64,000 nt of DNA from Rhodothermales bacterium. GTDB taxonomy: Bacteria; Bacteroidota; Rhodothermia; Rhodothermales; Bin80. The notes under the pieces were generated by a model that was given only the letters and a program-made list of their open reading frames with translations, was not told the DNA's origin and searched no databases. Positions 10,944 through 18,929 of this stretch are shown piece after piece (position 1 is the first letter of the stretch; each line of letters starts with the position of its first letter). The position numbers and the translations under genes are program-made. The stretch covers positions 4,066,151 to 4,130,150 of the forward strand of contig OZ253559.1 of assembly GCA_965262785.1 (NCBI GenBank), written 5' to 3'.

Positions 10944-11468
10944 TCACGGGCCGCGCGCTGGTAGCGCTCCACGGCGGCGGGCCGCCTCCCTGTTGTAGCA
11001 GTCCTTACAGCGGGAGTGCAGTCCATTGAACCGGGTCCGATCCTTGTAGAAATCGGTGTGCGGCAGGCCATCACGGCATAGGGAGCATGTGTACGTGCCA
11101 GGGCGCACAGGTTTATTCCGCCTGCGCCCTGCCCTGTAGCGGCGTCTGGATGTGTTGGACGGCGTGAATGGCAAGGTGCGTGCCCCTGGAGCCAGGCGCA
11201 TCAGGCGATTGAGCGGGTCGGCCTCTGCATGGATGAAGGCCAGCTCGTGGGCGTAGGCCTTCCCTGCAGGTACGTCCGCGGCCAGGATAGTAAGCTCGTA
11301 GGGCTGGCCAGCACTGAGCCGCCTGTAAAGCTCCATATTGACGGCGGCGTGCAACTGGCCGTGCTGACGGATGCGCACGGCGACCTCCTTAGAGGTAACG
11401 CCCACGTAGGCGCGCCCATCCGCAAAGCCGATGCGGTAGATGGTGCGTGAGACCTCAGTGGTGTCCAT
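10944..11468 (-). CDS. GIY-YIG-like endonuclease with basic linker and C-terminal C4 zinc finger, copy 1
   Basis: TIYRI..AYVGVT..RIRQH..E...I..PLN; CSLC..DFYKD..GLHSRCKDC. Confidence 0.75.
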   Translation of the reverse strand: MDTTEVSRTIYRIGFADGRAYVGVTSKEVAVRIRQHGQLHAAVNMELYRRLSAGQPYELTILAADVPAGKAYAHELAFIHAEADPLNRLMRLAPGARTLPFTPSNTSRRRYRAGRRRNKPVRPGTYTCSLCRDGLPHTDFYKDRTRFNGLHSRCKDCYNREAARRRGALPARGP

Positions 11469-11477
11469 GTCTGGCTG

Positions 11478-11756
11478 CTACAGGCCCAGCACATCGCCAC
11501 ATTCACCGGCCGACGCTGGCGACGCACTGTCTGCCACCACCCCGCAACCACGCTTGAATGCGACGGCTACCTGAAACTGGGCCTCGACGTGGCCCTGCAG
11601 TGCGGCCTTCATGTACAGGGTGGCCGCCCGCTCGGCGTCGCGCTCCAGGCCTTGGGCACCCTTCCGGTGTAATGCGGCCAGCTGGCACTGGGCCTCGGAG
11701 GCGCCGTCGCGGGCCTGCGCCTGCAGCTGCGCGGTGTCATGCTGTGACGTATCCAT
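11478..11756 (-). pseudogene. Sel1-repeat protein, internally deleted, copy 1
   Basis: AQCQLAALHRKG..LYMKAALQGHVEAQFQVA; lacks the repeats present in the copy at 37050-37612. Confidence 0.75.
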
Positions 11757-11884
11757 AGCGCCGTATGGGATGGTGAATCACTATCCCATAATAGGCCTGC
11801 GCGGATGTGAGATGCTGGAGCTGGATGCATTGGCGGGAATTATGACAGGAAGCGGCTGTCAACCTTTCTATATAATTCCCGCCG
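11757..11884. other. Conserved structured intergenic spacer (two hairpins)
   Basis: TATGGGATGGTGAATCACTATCCCATA and GGCGGGAATTATGACAG..CTGTC..ATAATTCCCGCC; conserved at 28727-28853, partly at 37613-37675. Confidence 0.6.
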
Positions 11885-12859
11885 CTACTCCGCGGCTTCT
11901 GCGGCTTGCGCCGCATAGTAGCGGGCAACAGCGCCCTTTCCGGCTCTCTGGGCGCGGGTGTAGTGTGCTGGCATAGACGACGACTTCCAGCGTCCCGCCG
12001 TCTGGAGCTCAACCAGCGATATACCCATCGCAGCCAGGTCCGAGGCCATGCCTACCCGGGGAGAGTGGCCCGTGAAGCGCCCCTCTAATCCCCCATAGCG
12101 TGCTGCGTCCGCAATGCGGCGGGCTACAGTGCGACTGGACATGCCGAGTATAGACATGTCGCCGTCCGCGCCCATGCGGACATCCTGCAGGGCCGCTACA
12201 GTAGCCCGGGACACATAGAGCACCTGGCCGTGCGCGTCCTGGTCGGTCTTGCTGCGGCGCACGGTCAATCGTCCGGTACCATCCGCCACCACCTGCAGGT
12301 CCTCCCACACGAGTGCCGCGGCTTCGCTGCGGCGCAGCAGCGCATCGCGCATCAGGCACACGAGCGCGATATCGACCTTTCCGCGCCGTTGGGCAGCGGC
12401 GGCGGCTTCTGTGCGGCCCGTTGTGCTTGTTCGGGGGCGGCACGCCGTGGCCCTGATGGCGCCCACCATCGCGGCTGTTAAGCCGGTTGCCTGCCTTGTC
12501 CGCTGCTGACCTGCCCTGGCGGCCTTGCGCCGCAATCCCCGCAGCACGGTGGCCACCGCCGGATGCGCTCCGGGCGTGGAATGGCCCGCCCATTCGTGGG
12601 CCTGTTTGATCGCGCACAGCGTGGTCGCGCGCCAGGAGTGGGATTTACCCGCGCGGTCCGTCAGGTACATGGCCACCACTTCGGGCACAGCAGGTAGTGC
12701 GGTGAACCTGTGCTCGTCCGCCCATGCCTGAAAGCCGCGCCATAGCGCCTGATACGTGCGTACGGTGGTGGGAGCCAGGGCATCTGCGAGCGCCTCTGCG
12801 ACCCGGGCGGCCGCTTCGGAAGGCATGGCTTGGAGGGCTGTTGCGGGAAGTGTTGCCAT
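11885..12859 (-). CDS. Cre-like tyrosine recombinase A
   Basis: SAM-like N-terminus (APTTVRTY..W..F..W); catalytic LLRRSE (R), RSKTDQ (K), HSPR (HxxR), GRW (W), HY (Y). Confidence 0.9.
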   Translation of the reverse strand: MATLPATALQAMPSEAAARVAEALADALAPTTVRTYQALWRGFQAWADEHRFTALPAVPEVVAMYLTDRAGKSHSWRATTLCAIKQAHEWAGHSTPGAHPAVATVLRGLRRKAARAGQQRTRQATGLTAAMVGAIRATACRPRTSTTGRTEAAAAAQRRGKVDIALVCLMRDALLRRSEAAALVWEDLQVVADGTGRLTVRRSKTDQDAHGQVLYVSRATVAALQDVRMGADGDMSILGMSSRTVARRIADAARYGGLEGRFTGHSPRVGMASDLAAMGISLVELQTAGRWKSSSMPAHYTRAQRAGKGAVARYYAAQAAEAAE

Positions 12860-12885
12860 GTCCGTTAAATACCTTTAACGGACAT
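12858..12885. promoter_or_regulatory. lox-like palindrome overlapping recombinase A start codon
   Basis: ATGTCCGTTAAA-TACC-TTTAACGGACAT, perfect 12-bp arms. Confidence 0.65.
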
Positions 12886-13148
12886 CGTACACGGGCGGTG
12901 AACAGGGGTTCCGGAGCTTCGGATGGCCTTGGGTCAGCGGCCCTCATCCCAGGTCTCGTGCTCCATGCGGGCCGTCCCGACTCAGCTGGCTGAACGTGGG
13001 CAACTCAGCACTAGCATGTGCAAGGGCTGGATGCGAGTTGGGTGGCCCGCAGGCACACTTAGCCCGCATCGCTCCCAGACCGGGACCCATTGGCTACAGA
13101 CGCCTCGAACTATGGCGATTCAAGATCTTGGTGAGCGATGCGGGTTAG

Positions 13149-14165
13149 CTATGCGGATTCACGGCCCCTGCGGGGGCCGTCACCCATGACAGCGGATATA
13201 CGCTCCTCCAGCCGCACTCGCAAATCATCCTCCGTCTCCCAGAGAATGTGATTGTCTTGGAGGATATCAAAATGCAGCTTATGCTGGTCGGCGTCGGCTT
13301 TTCTGCACGTAGAAATGACCTTCAAACCCAGACCGCGTGCAAAACCCGCTTCGTAATAGACGCCGCCTCGCGCACAATCGTCCTGTGAGAAATCTGCCAC
13401 AACAAAACGGGATCTGCGAATCTCGCTGATAATCTTGTCAATAATATTGCCGACGTAGTGCTGCTTATCCACGCGGATGGCCTGGTAACCAGCCGCCTCA
13501 ATGGCATCCTTAATGCTTTCCGACGCGGTGTCAAGCGACTTGTCAAACCACATGGCCACGAATACCCGATCCGAGGTTGCGTTTACTACGTGCTCAAGAT
13601 CTGCCACCCGCTCGTACCCTGGCACGGTAAGGGTAAGATCAAACCGACGGTTATGAAGACTCTGACTCTCTATCATCCCCGTTTCCTTCAGATAGCGAAG
13701 GAGAAACTGCAGATCATCCGTCCTGTCTTTTGGAGACTCTCCGACGCTTTCAGAGTGTGCCAGCATTTGCAGATACGTCGTTCTGTCTTCGGTCATTGTC
13801 TGCGAGTCAGGACTCGAGTCTACATCAACGGCTGTGCCAGGCTTGCGGGCCTTCTCCGCCAAGAACTGCAGAATGCGGTCCGCGCGCTTACTAACACGCA
13901 TGTCTTTGGCCCTCCGCGCAGCCTCTATTTTGTCGCGGGTTACCTCTGGCCCGCTGTTTCCCAAGCGCCGCTGATCTACCAGCCAGGTAGTGAGTCGCGC
14001 TTTACCACGTTCGTCGAGCTCATACTGCACGACATCCCCCAAGTCAATGTCAATTAGATACTTCCCACCAGCTCGAGGGGAGTCTATGTCGCGGATCAAA
14101 TCATGCTGAGGGGACAGCACCCACTTATCCGCTGGTGTCTGCCAGATTGCACATCCGTCATTCAT
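13149..14165 (-). CDS. Protein with wHTH-like middle region and C-terminal nucleoside 2-deoxyribosyltransferase/TIR-like domain
   Basis: VFVAMWFD..IKDAIEAAGY..RVD..I.DKIISEIRRSRFVVADF..GGVYYEAGFARGLG..HFDI. Confidence 0.75.
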   Translation of the reverse strand: MNDGCAIWQTPADKWVLSPQHDLIRDIDSPRAGGKYLIDIDLGDVVQYELDERGKARLTTWLVDQRRLGNSGPEVTRDKIEAARRAKDMRVSKRADRILQFLAEKARKPGTAVDVDSSPDSQTMTEDRTTYLQMLAHSESVGESPKDRTDDLQFLLRYLKETGMIESQSLHNRRFDLTLTVPGYERVADLEHVVNATSDRVFVAMWFDKSLDTASESIKDAIEAAGYQAIRVDKQHYVGNIIDKIISEIRRSRFVVADFSQDDCARGGVYYEAGFARGLGLKVISTCRKADADQHKLHFDILQDNHILWETEDDLRVRLEERISAVMGDGPRRGRESA

Positions 14166-14368
14166 GGTGATGTTGTGGTGTTAGGGAATTAGAGATGGAA
14201 CGCGCCAGGAAAGGGGCTTATACGAATAAGCCCCATATCTTGACCCTTACTCAGGGTCCCGCCGGATCCTGACTAAGGGGGAGTGAGAACCTGCTGGATT
14301 CGTGCAGGAAGGTCCTTAATGGGCTTCATTTCGCCCAGCCTTTTCGTGAGCTTGTATGTGTCATTACA

Positions 14369-14430
14369 GGACATGTTTTATGCCTCGACAAACGGCAATG
14401 AACGACCGGCTGGGCAGCCTGCACGGCAGG
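14369..14430 (+). repeat. Dispersed repeat M, copy 2
   Basis: GGACATGTTTTATGCCTCG..ATGAACGACCGGCTGGGCAGCCTGCACGGC. Confidence 0.7.
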
Positions 14431-14469
14431 AGGCGCGGTAGCCAAAAACACCCCCGCCACCCCCTCAAC

Positions 14470-14521
14470 AAACCGATACTTTTAATTGTCGCTGATCGGT
14501 AAAGACTATTGACATTCATCA
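14470..14521 (-). repeat. Transposon-end-like repeat, copy B (inverted)
   Basis: Reverse complement TGATGAATGTCAATAGTCTTTACCGATCAGCGACAATTAAAAGTATCGGTTT. Confidence 0.8.
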
Positions 14522-14570
14522 GTACGGGGCTGGGCACGTAGCCTAAGCAGGATCTGTCTACCGTATAGAA

Positions 14571-15497
14571 TTACACGTTTACGCTAGGTGTCCTCTGCAG
14601 GGAGGCGTCAATCCAATCCCAGAGCCGCCTTTCGAGTCGATCATCTAATGTTCCCGAACATAGTGCCGAGATACGGCAACGGTCGAGCAAGATCTGGTCG
14701 ATTCCGACGTCCTTGGCATCCTTTTCCGATAAGGCCCGTGGGACGAAGAATGCCGGGATCGGGTCCATGGCGAGAGGTGCAGCGAAGTTCCTCTTGCACC
14801 AGCGTTTCGGCTGCAATTCGTATGCCTTGCCCTCCCAATGCCGACCGACTGTACACTGGCCAAATAGTATCAGCTTCGAAGCTTTCCGATCGGGGAACTC
14901 CCTCCACGCCACGACATCAAGACCATCGTCCTTTAACTGTTCAATCCCCTCCCGGTCCTTGCATGCCTTCCCCTCACGCAAGAGATCCACTAGGTGGGCG
15001 ACAGCGGCACGAAAGCCCGTCGGGAGGTCGCGGCGCGGCGATCCGAATACTACGGATGTCTTGCTGTCACCGAGGTACCGACCAGCCGCTGCCGCACTCA
15101 ACTCCTCAAACATCTTGGAGACCGTGGTTCCATCGGGATGTTTGTTACTGCTGCCAAGAGATGCGAGAAGTTGGAACAGGTACGCAGGGGAAGGTCTTCT
15201 ACGAAGCTTAAGTCCCTGCCGGGTGATCTCGAATGGGTATGCACTACCCGGCCCGCAAGCTTGGTCCCGATGAGTCAGGACTTCCCTCCACTGTTCCAGA
15301 ATTGTCTCAAAGGGCTCGATGTATGACTGTCCCTCCTCGGGTTCGCCGTACGTCACGACCGCTTCATCCTCGGAGACGGTGAGTCGTAGGTCACGGATCA
15401 CGTCGGTCCATGCAAGGAAGCCCGTGGAGCCTTCCATGCAGGCCTTCTCTAGGCAGTCGGCGTTATCTTCGACCGCCAGGCTCGCGTTCACGGTCAA
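14571..15497 (-). CDS. Hypothetical protein, putative PD-(D/E)XK/Mrr-like nuclease fold
   Basis: FEE..KDDGLDVVAW..FGQC motif pattern; overlaps upstream ParB-like gene. Confidence 0.55.
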   Translation of the reverse strand: MTVNASLAVEDNADCLEKACMEGSTGFLAWTDVIRDLRLTVSEDEAVVTYGEPEEGQSYIEPFETILEQWREVLTHRDQACGPGSAYPFEITRQGLKLRRRPSPAYLFQLLASLGSSNKHPDGTTVSKMFEELSAAAAGRYLGDSKTSVVFGSPRRDLPTGFRAAVAHLVDLLREGKACKDREGIEQLKDDGLDVVAWREFPDRKASKLILFGQCTVGRHWEGKAYELQPKRWCKRNFAAPLAMDPIPAFFVPRALSEKDAKDVGIDQILLDRCRISALCSGTLDDRLERRLWDWIDASLQRTPSVNV

Positions 15498-16552
15498 GGC
15501 TCATCGGGTGTCATGAGAGACTTGAGAGACTTCGCTTGTTGATAGAGGCTATTCCCTCTTGCCACCAGGTCGTTCTCGCCCTTGAATCCAGTTGATATAA
15601 ACTGCATGGCTTCTCTTGCGCTGTTATCGGCTCTTGTGAGCGCGGTACGAAACAGGTAAGTGTCGCCTAGTGAAGCGTCCAGCGCCGCCACAAGCGAGCT
15701 TCCGGACTCCAGCAAGTCTATGCCCTCCCGAGTCTCAAGAGCGCGTGCAAGGTGCCGGAGGTCCGGGTTCTGGCGACGAACCTTTGCCTCGATATTTTGA
15801 GACTGGTTCCCGAAAAGCCAATCCATGAGACTCTGCAATTGTGGCAGTCGGTCGTTTGGAACAGGGTTTTCGTTATCAAGCGTTTCGGCATCAACTCCCA
15901 AGTAGTCCCGGATGGACACATAGCCCAACGCGGTCCATAGATGGGAAAACGGGAATCGTGGGTGCCGGGTGTTAGACGTATCAAAAGAGAACAGGTCCTG
16001 CGCCTGCCGAAGGACGACGTATCCTCGGTACAGGCGAGTCACGGTGTCGTGACGGTCTCCGATCCCTGATGCGATCTCAGCGAGACTCAAGCCGAAGTTC
16101 TTTCGTACGTCGAACACGTACTCAGCCTTGGCGATAGAATCCCAAGCCTGCGGTCCGTTGACATGTTTGAACCCGACGAAACTCCACAGCTCCTTTCGCG
16201 ATGCGAGGATCACCGGTAGTTCTCGTATTGAATCGAGAACATCCTGTGGCGGCTTGGTTAGCTGGATTTCGAGCTGCTCCCGAAGGCCAGAATCCGAGAT
16301 GATCTTTACGGCCGCGAGACGTCGGTTGCCCTCGACTACGACCAACTTGCCCTCCTCCTTGGTCGCGAAGAACTCCTCATGCTCCCAGTAACAATTTGCG
16401 AGGATGGAGTCCACTAATTCGTTCACTGACTTGTTGTGCCAGAGCCAGCGCAGGATAGCTTGCTGGTCCTTCAAAGAGAACTCATCGGACCCGATCCGTG
16501 GGTTATGGGGGTCGAGGTACAGGTCGGACGGGGGGAAATGATGGATGTCCAA
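15494..16552 (-). CDS. ParB/sulfiredoxin-like N-terminal domain protein
   Basis: LYLDPHNPR..LVDSILAN..VVVEGNRRLAAVK. Confidence 0.75.
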   Translation of the reverse strand: MDIHHFPPSDLYLDPHNPRIGSDEFSLKDQQAILRWLWHNKSVNELVDSILANCYWEHEEFFATKEEGKLVVVEGNRRLAAVKIISDSGLREQLEIQLTKPPQDVLDSIRELPVILASRKELWSFVGFKHVNGPQAWDSIAKAEYVFDVRKNFGLSLAEIASGIGDRHDTVTRLYRGYVVLRQAQDLFSFDTSNTRHPRFPFSHLWTALGYVSIRDYLGVDAETLDNENPVPNDRLPQLQSLMDWLFGNQSQNIEAKVRRQNPDLRHLARALETREGIDLLESGSSLVAALDASLGDTYLFRTALTRADNSAREAMQFISTGFKGENDLVARGNSLYQQAKSLKSLMTPDEP

Positions 16553-16631
16553 GGCAGCTGCCGGGATTTTTAGGGTTGTGGTGTGAGCATCAGGAACTGC
16601 TGGCCGTACCGCTCTGTGATGTCGCAGTAAC

Positions 16632-17507
16632 TCATGTGAATAGTCTGTCGCGCGTAATGAGCAGTTCGGGCATCTTGAGGTGGTGGCGGCTTTTCATTTC
16701 CACGAGGGCGGCGTGGAATTCGTGGTGGCGGACCAGCGCGATGATCTCGGAAGAGCAATCGTAGGTCATCAGGAAGTTAGCCTGGCTCTCGGCCAGAGCA
16801 GCAAAAATACGCGCGTGATCCACGGTGCTGTGAGTGTAGAGTCGGGTGCCCGCCTGCTTACCGCCCTCCGCCGTGTACGGCGGATCCACAAAGAAGGCTG
16901 TACCTGGCCGGTCGCACAGTAACTCCAGCAAGCGCACGCCATCGCTTTCGCAGAGCAGCAGCTTATCGGAATGCTCAGCGATGTTCTTCACCCTGTCCAC
17001 CAGTGTGTCTGGATACCACCGGGAGCCAATACCAGCGCCATTTTCGCCGCTCCTGATGAGTGAGGCATCAGGTGCCAAAACACCTCCGTGTCGGGTGCGA
17101 TTCAGGACCAGCGTGCGAAATCCGTGATCGAGAACACTTTGAGGTGCCCCATGGGCTATGCGCTCGACATCATCCCGGCTGGGAGTAAAGGATTGAATGC
17201 GCTCGATCAGCTCCTCTGAGTGCTCCAGCACCGCTCGCCAGAAGGAGGATAGGTCTCGGTCCAACTCCACCATTAGGGCCTGCTTCGCCAGTTCCTCCAT
17301 GACAGCAGTCAATGCTACGACCCCGCCACCAGCAAACGGTTCGATGAGTATGTCGACAGGATCCGCCAACCATTTTCGGATATGGGGCACGAGCCATGTT
17401 TTCCCGCCGGGGTACCGGAGTGGACTGCGCTGTGGCACGCTGGCTACGTTGGCTGCCGGGATAGTCGACGTCCCGAACTCCTGGAGAACCGCAAGCCCGA
17501 AATTCAT
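16632..17507 (-). CDS. Dam/D12-class N6-adenine DNA methyltransferase
   Basis: SPLRYPGGK, EPFAGGG, FFVDPPY, LMTYD motifs. Confidence 0.9.
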   Translation of the reverse strand: MNFGLAVLQEFGTSTIPAANVASVPQRSPLRYPGGKTWLVPHIRKWLADPVDILIEPFAGGGVVALTAVMEELAKQALMVELDRDLSSFWRAVLEHSEELIERIQSFTPSRDDVERIAHGAPQSVLDHGFRTLVLNRTRHGGVLAPDASLIRSGENGAGIGSRWYPDTLVDRVKNIAEHSDKLLLCESDGVRLLELLCDRPGTAFFVDPPYTAEGGKQAGTRLYTHSTVDHARIFAALAESQANFLMTYDCSSEIIALVRHHEFHAALVEMKSRHHLKMPELLITRDRLFT

Positions 17508-17725
17508 GCCTTGTATGATACGAATGTGGACACTGCCCTATACAATGTATTGCCACGGGTCGCTTGTTGCCGAGTTTAAACGGACGCAGGAAGCCTGGCT
17601 AGGGCCCCACGCCCCGTGGGAGCCGGCATTATTCAATATGCCTCGAAATTACCGCTGCGTGGGGCAAGCGTCACAGCACCCGTAACCGCCTCCTGCTTGC
17701 CCCTAATGAGTGAATTGGCACGGAA

Positions 17726-17768
17726 TGATGAATGTCAATAGTCTTTACCGGTCTGCGACAATTAAAAG
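17726..17768 (+). repeat. Transposon-end-like repeat, copy C
   Basis: TGATGAATGTCAATAGTCTTTACCGGTCTGCGACAATTAAAAG. Confidence 0.8.
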
Positions 17769-17769
17769 G

Positions 17770-17865
17770 GCTCCTCACCGGCGGCGGTGCTGTGGGGAAG
17801 GTGCCTGTTGCTGGACTGAGGGACAGAGAAACGAACACGATCCGAACGCGTGTGGTGCCGGACGA
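17770..17865 (+). pseudogene. IS1595-family transposase fragment
   Basis: GGGAVGKVPVAGLRDRETNTIRTRVVPD resembles the IS1595 DDE core. Confidence 0.6.
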
Positions 17866-17885
17866 GCCTCCGCGCAACAGACGAC

Positions 17886-18929
17886 TCACGTCCCTAGTAT
17901 GGCCAGCAATATAGTGCTCAGCATGGACTCGCCGCCCGCCGCATCCACGAAGTTACCACCCCCAGCCCGCGCAACGTCCCTTAGGAAGCGAAGGGCTGCA
18001 TCTCTCGCGATCGGATCGTACGGGAAATTCGCCCGCACGGCAGATACGAAGTGTCCCTGCTGCGCTCCGAAGCTTCTGGCCGCTGCGATCGCTGTCGTAA
18101 TCCTTTCCGGATATGCAGCGTTATCCGTGATTACAATCACGTAGCGCTTCTCACTGACTGCGCGCCAAGGCATGGACATGGCTTCATTCATGGCGGTCGC
18201 GACTGCCTCTGGCTGATCAAGATTCAGCGACCAGTTGGGATCCATGTTTGCACGCAGCGAATTGATGAATGCCGTGATCCTGCTCAGGCGCGTGGTTTCG
18301 ACTATGGCCAAGCGGTGAATAGGCTGCCTCCACCGCCGATCGCCAAACGCCACGATACCGATTCCAACCGAGGGTGCCACTCTGTCCAGCACCCGGGCCA
18401 GCGAAGCTATCTCCCGCTTGAGACCCTCAACCTGGTTCGTCATGCTACCGGTCACGTCAAGGCAAATCACTACGTCCAGTGGTGGCAGCTTCAACTCGCG
18501 GCTTGCCGCTGCCAGACCCGATGCTCGTGTTTGCGCCTCTGCCAGAACCTCCCGCATCGCAGCCAACTGCTGTTCCAACTCCAATTCTCGAGACGCGTCC
18601 TGCCCCTGCGCCAATGCCCGTTCGAGCCTGCTAATCTGCACGCTCGCATCCTCCAACTGCTGTTGCGCTTCCGAGAGCGCCGCTGCCACGGCAGCCTGTA
18701 TATCGCTTTCCTGCTGCATCCTGCCCATCAGGCCCTCCAAGGCCCGGGTACGAGTCTGGGCAACCTCCAGTTCGTCTTTCAGATCTTCTACTCGTACTTC
18801 AGAATCACCGGTATTGGGAAAAAATGGAATGGTAATGATGGCCAGCAGCACGAACGCTCCCATCCCGGACGCAAACAGGTCAAGCGCAGAGATGGAGAAC
18901 ACGTTGAGTTCGCGACGCAGGGGCTTCAT
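17886..18929 (-). CDS. vWA-domain protein with N-terminal ExbD/MotB-like TM helix and coiled coil
   Basis: NVFSISALDLFASGMGAFVLLAII TM with acidic residue; coiled coil; MIDAS DVTGSM and VITD. Confidence 0.85.
   Translation of the reverse strand: MKPLRRELNVFSISALDLFASGMGAFVLLAIITIPFFPNTGDSEVRVEDLKDELEVAQTRTRALEGLMGRMQQESDIQAAVAAALSEAQQQLEDASVQISRLERALAQGQDASRELELEQQLAAMREVLAEAQTRASGLAAASRELKLPPLDVVICLDVTGSMTNQVEGLKREIASLARVLDRVAPSVGIGIVAFGDRRWRQPIHRLAIVETTRLSRITAFINSLRANMDPNWSLNLDQPEAVATAMNEAMSMPWRAVSEKRYVIVITDNAAYPERITTAIAAARSFGAQQGHFVSAVRANFPYDPIARDAALRFLRDVARAGGGNFVDAAGGESMLSTILLAILGT

Noticed and set aside
11832-11883. Invertible sigma70 promoter (TTGACA..CATAAT between 12-bp IRs)
   Set aside because: -35/-10 spacing is only 12 bp and both copies have the same orientation; kept only as a structural element
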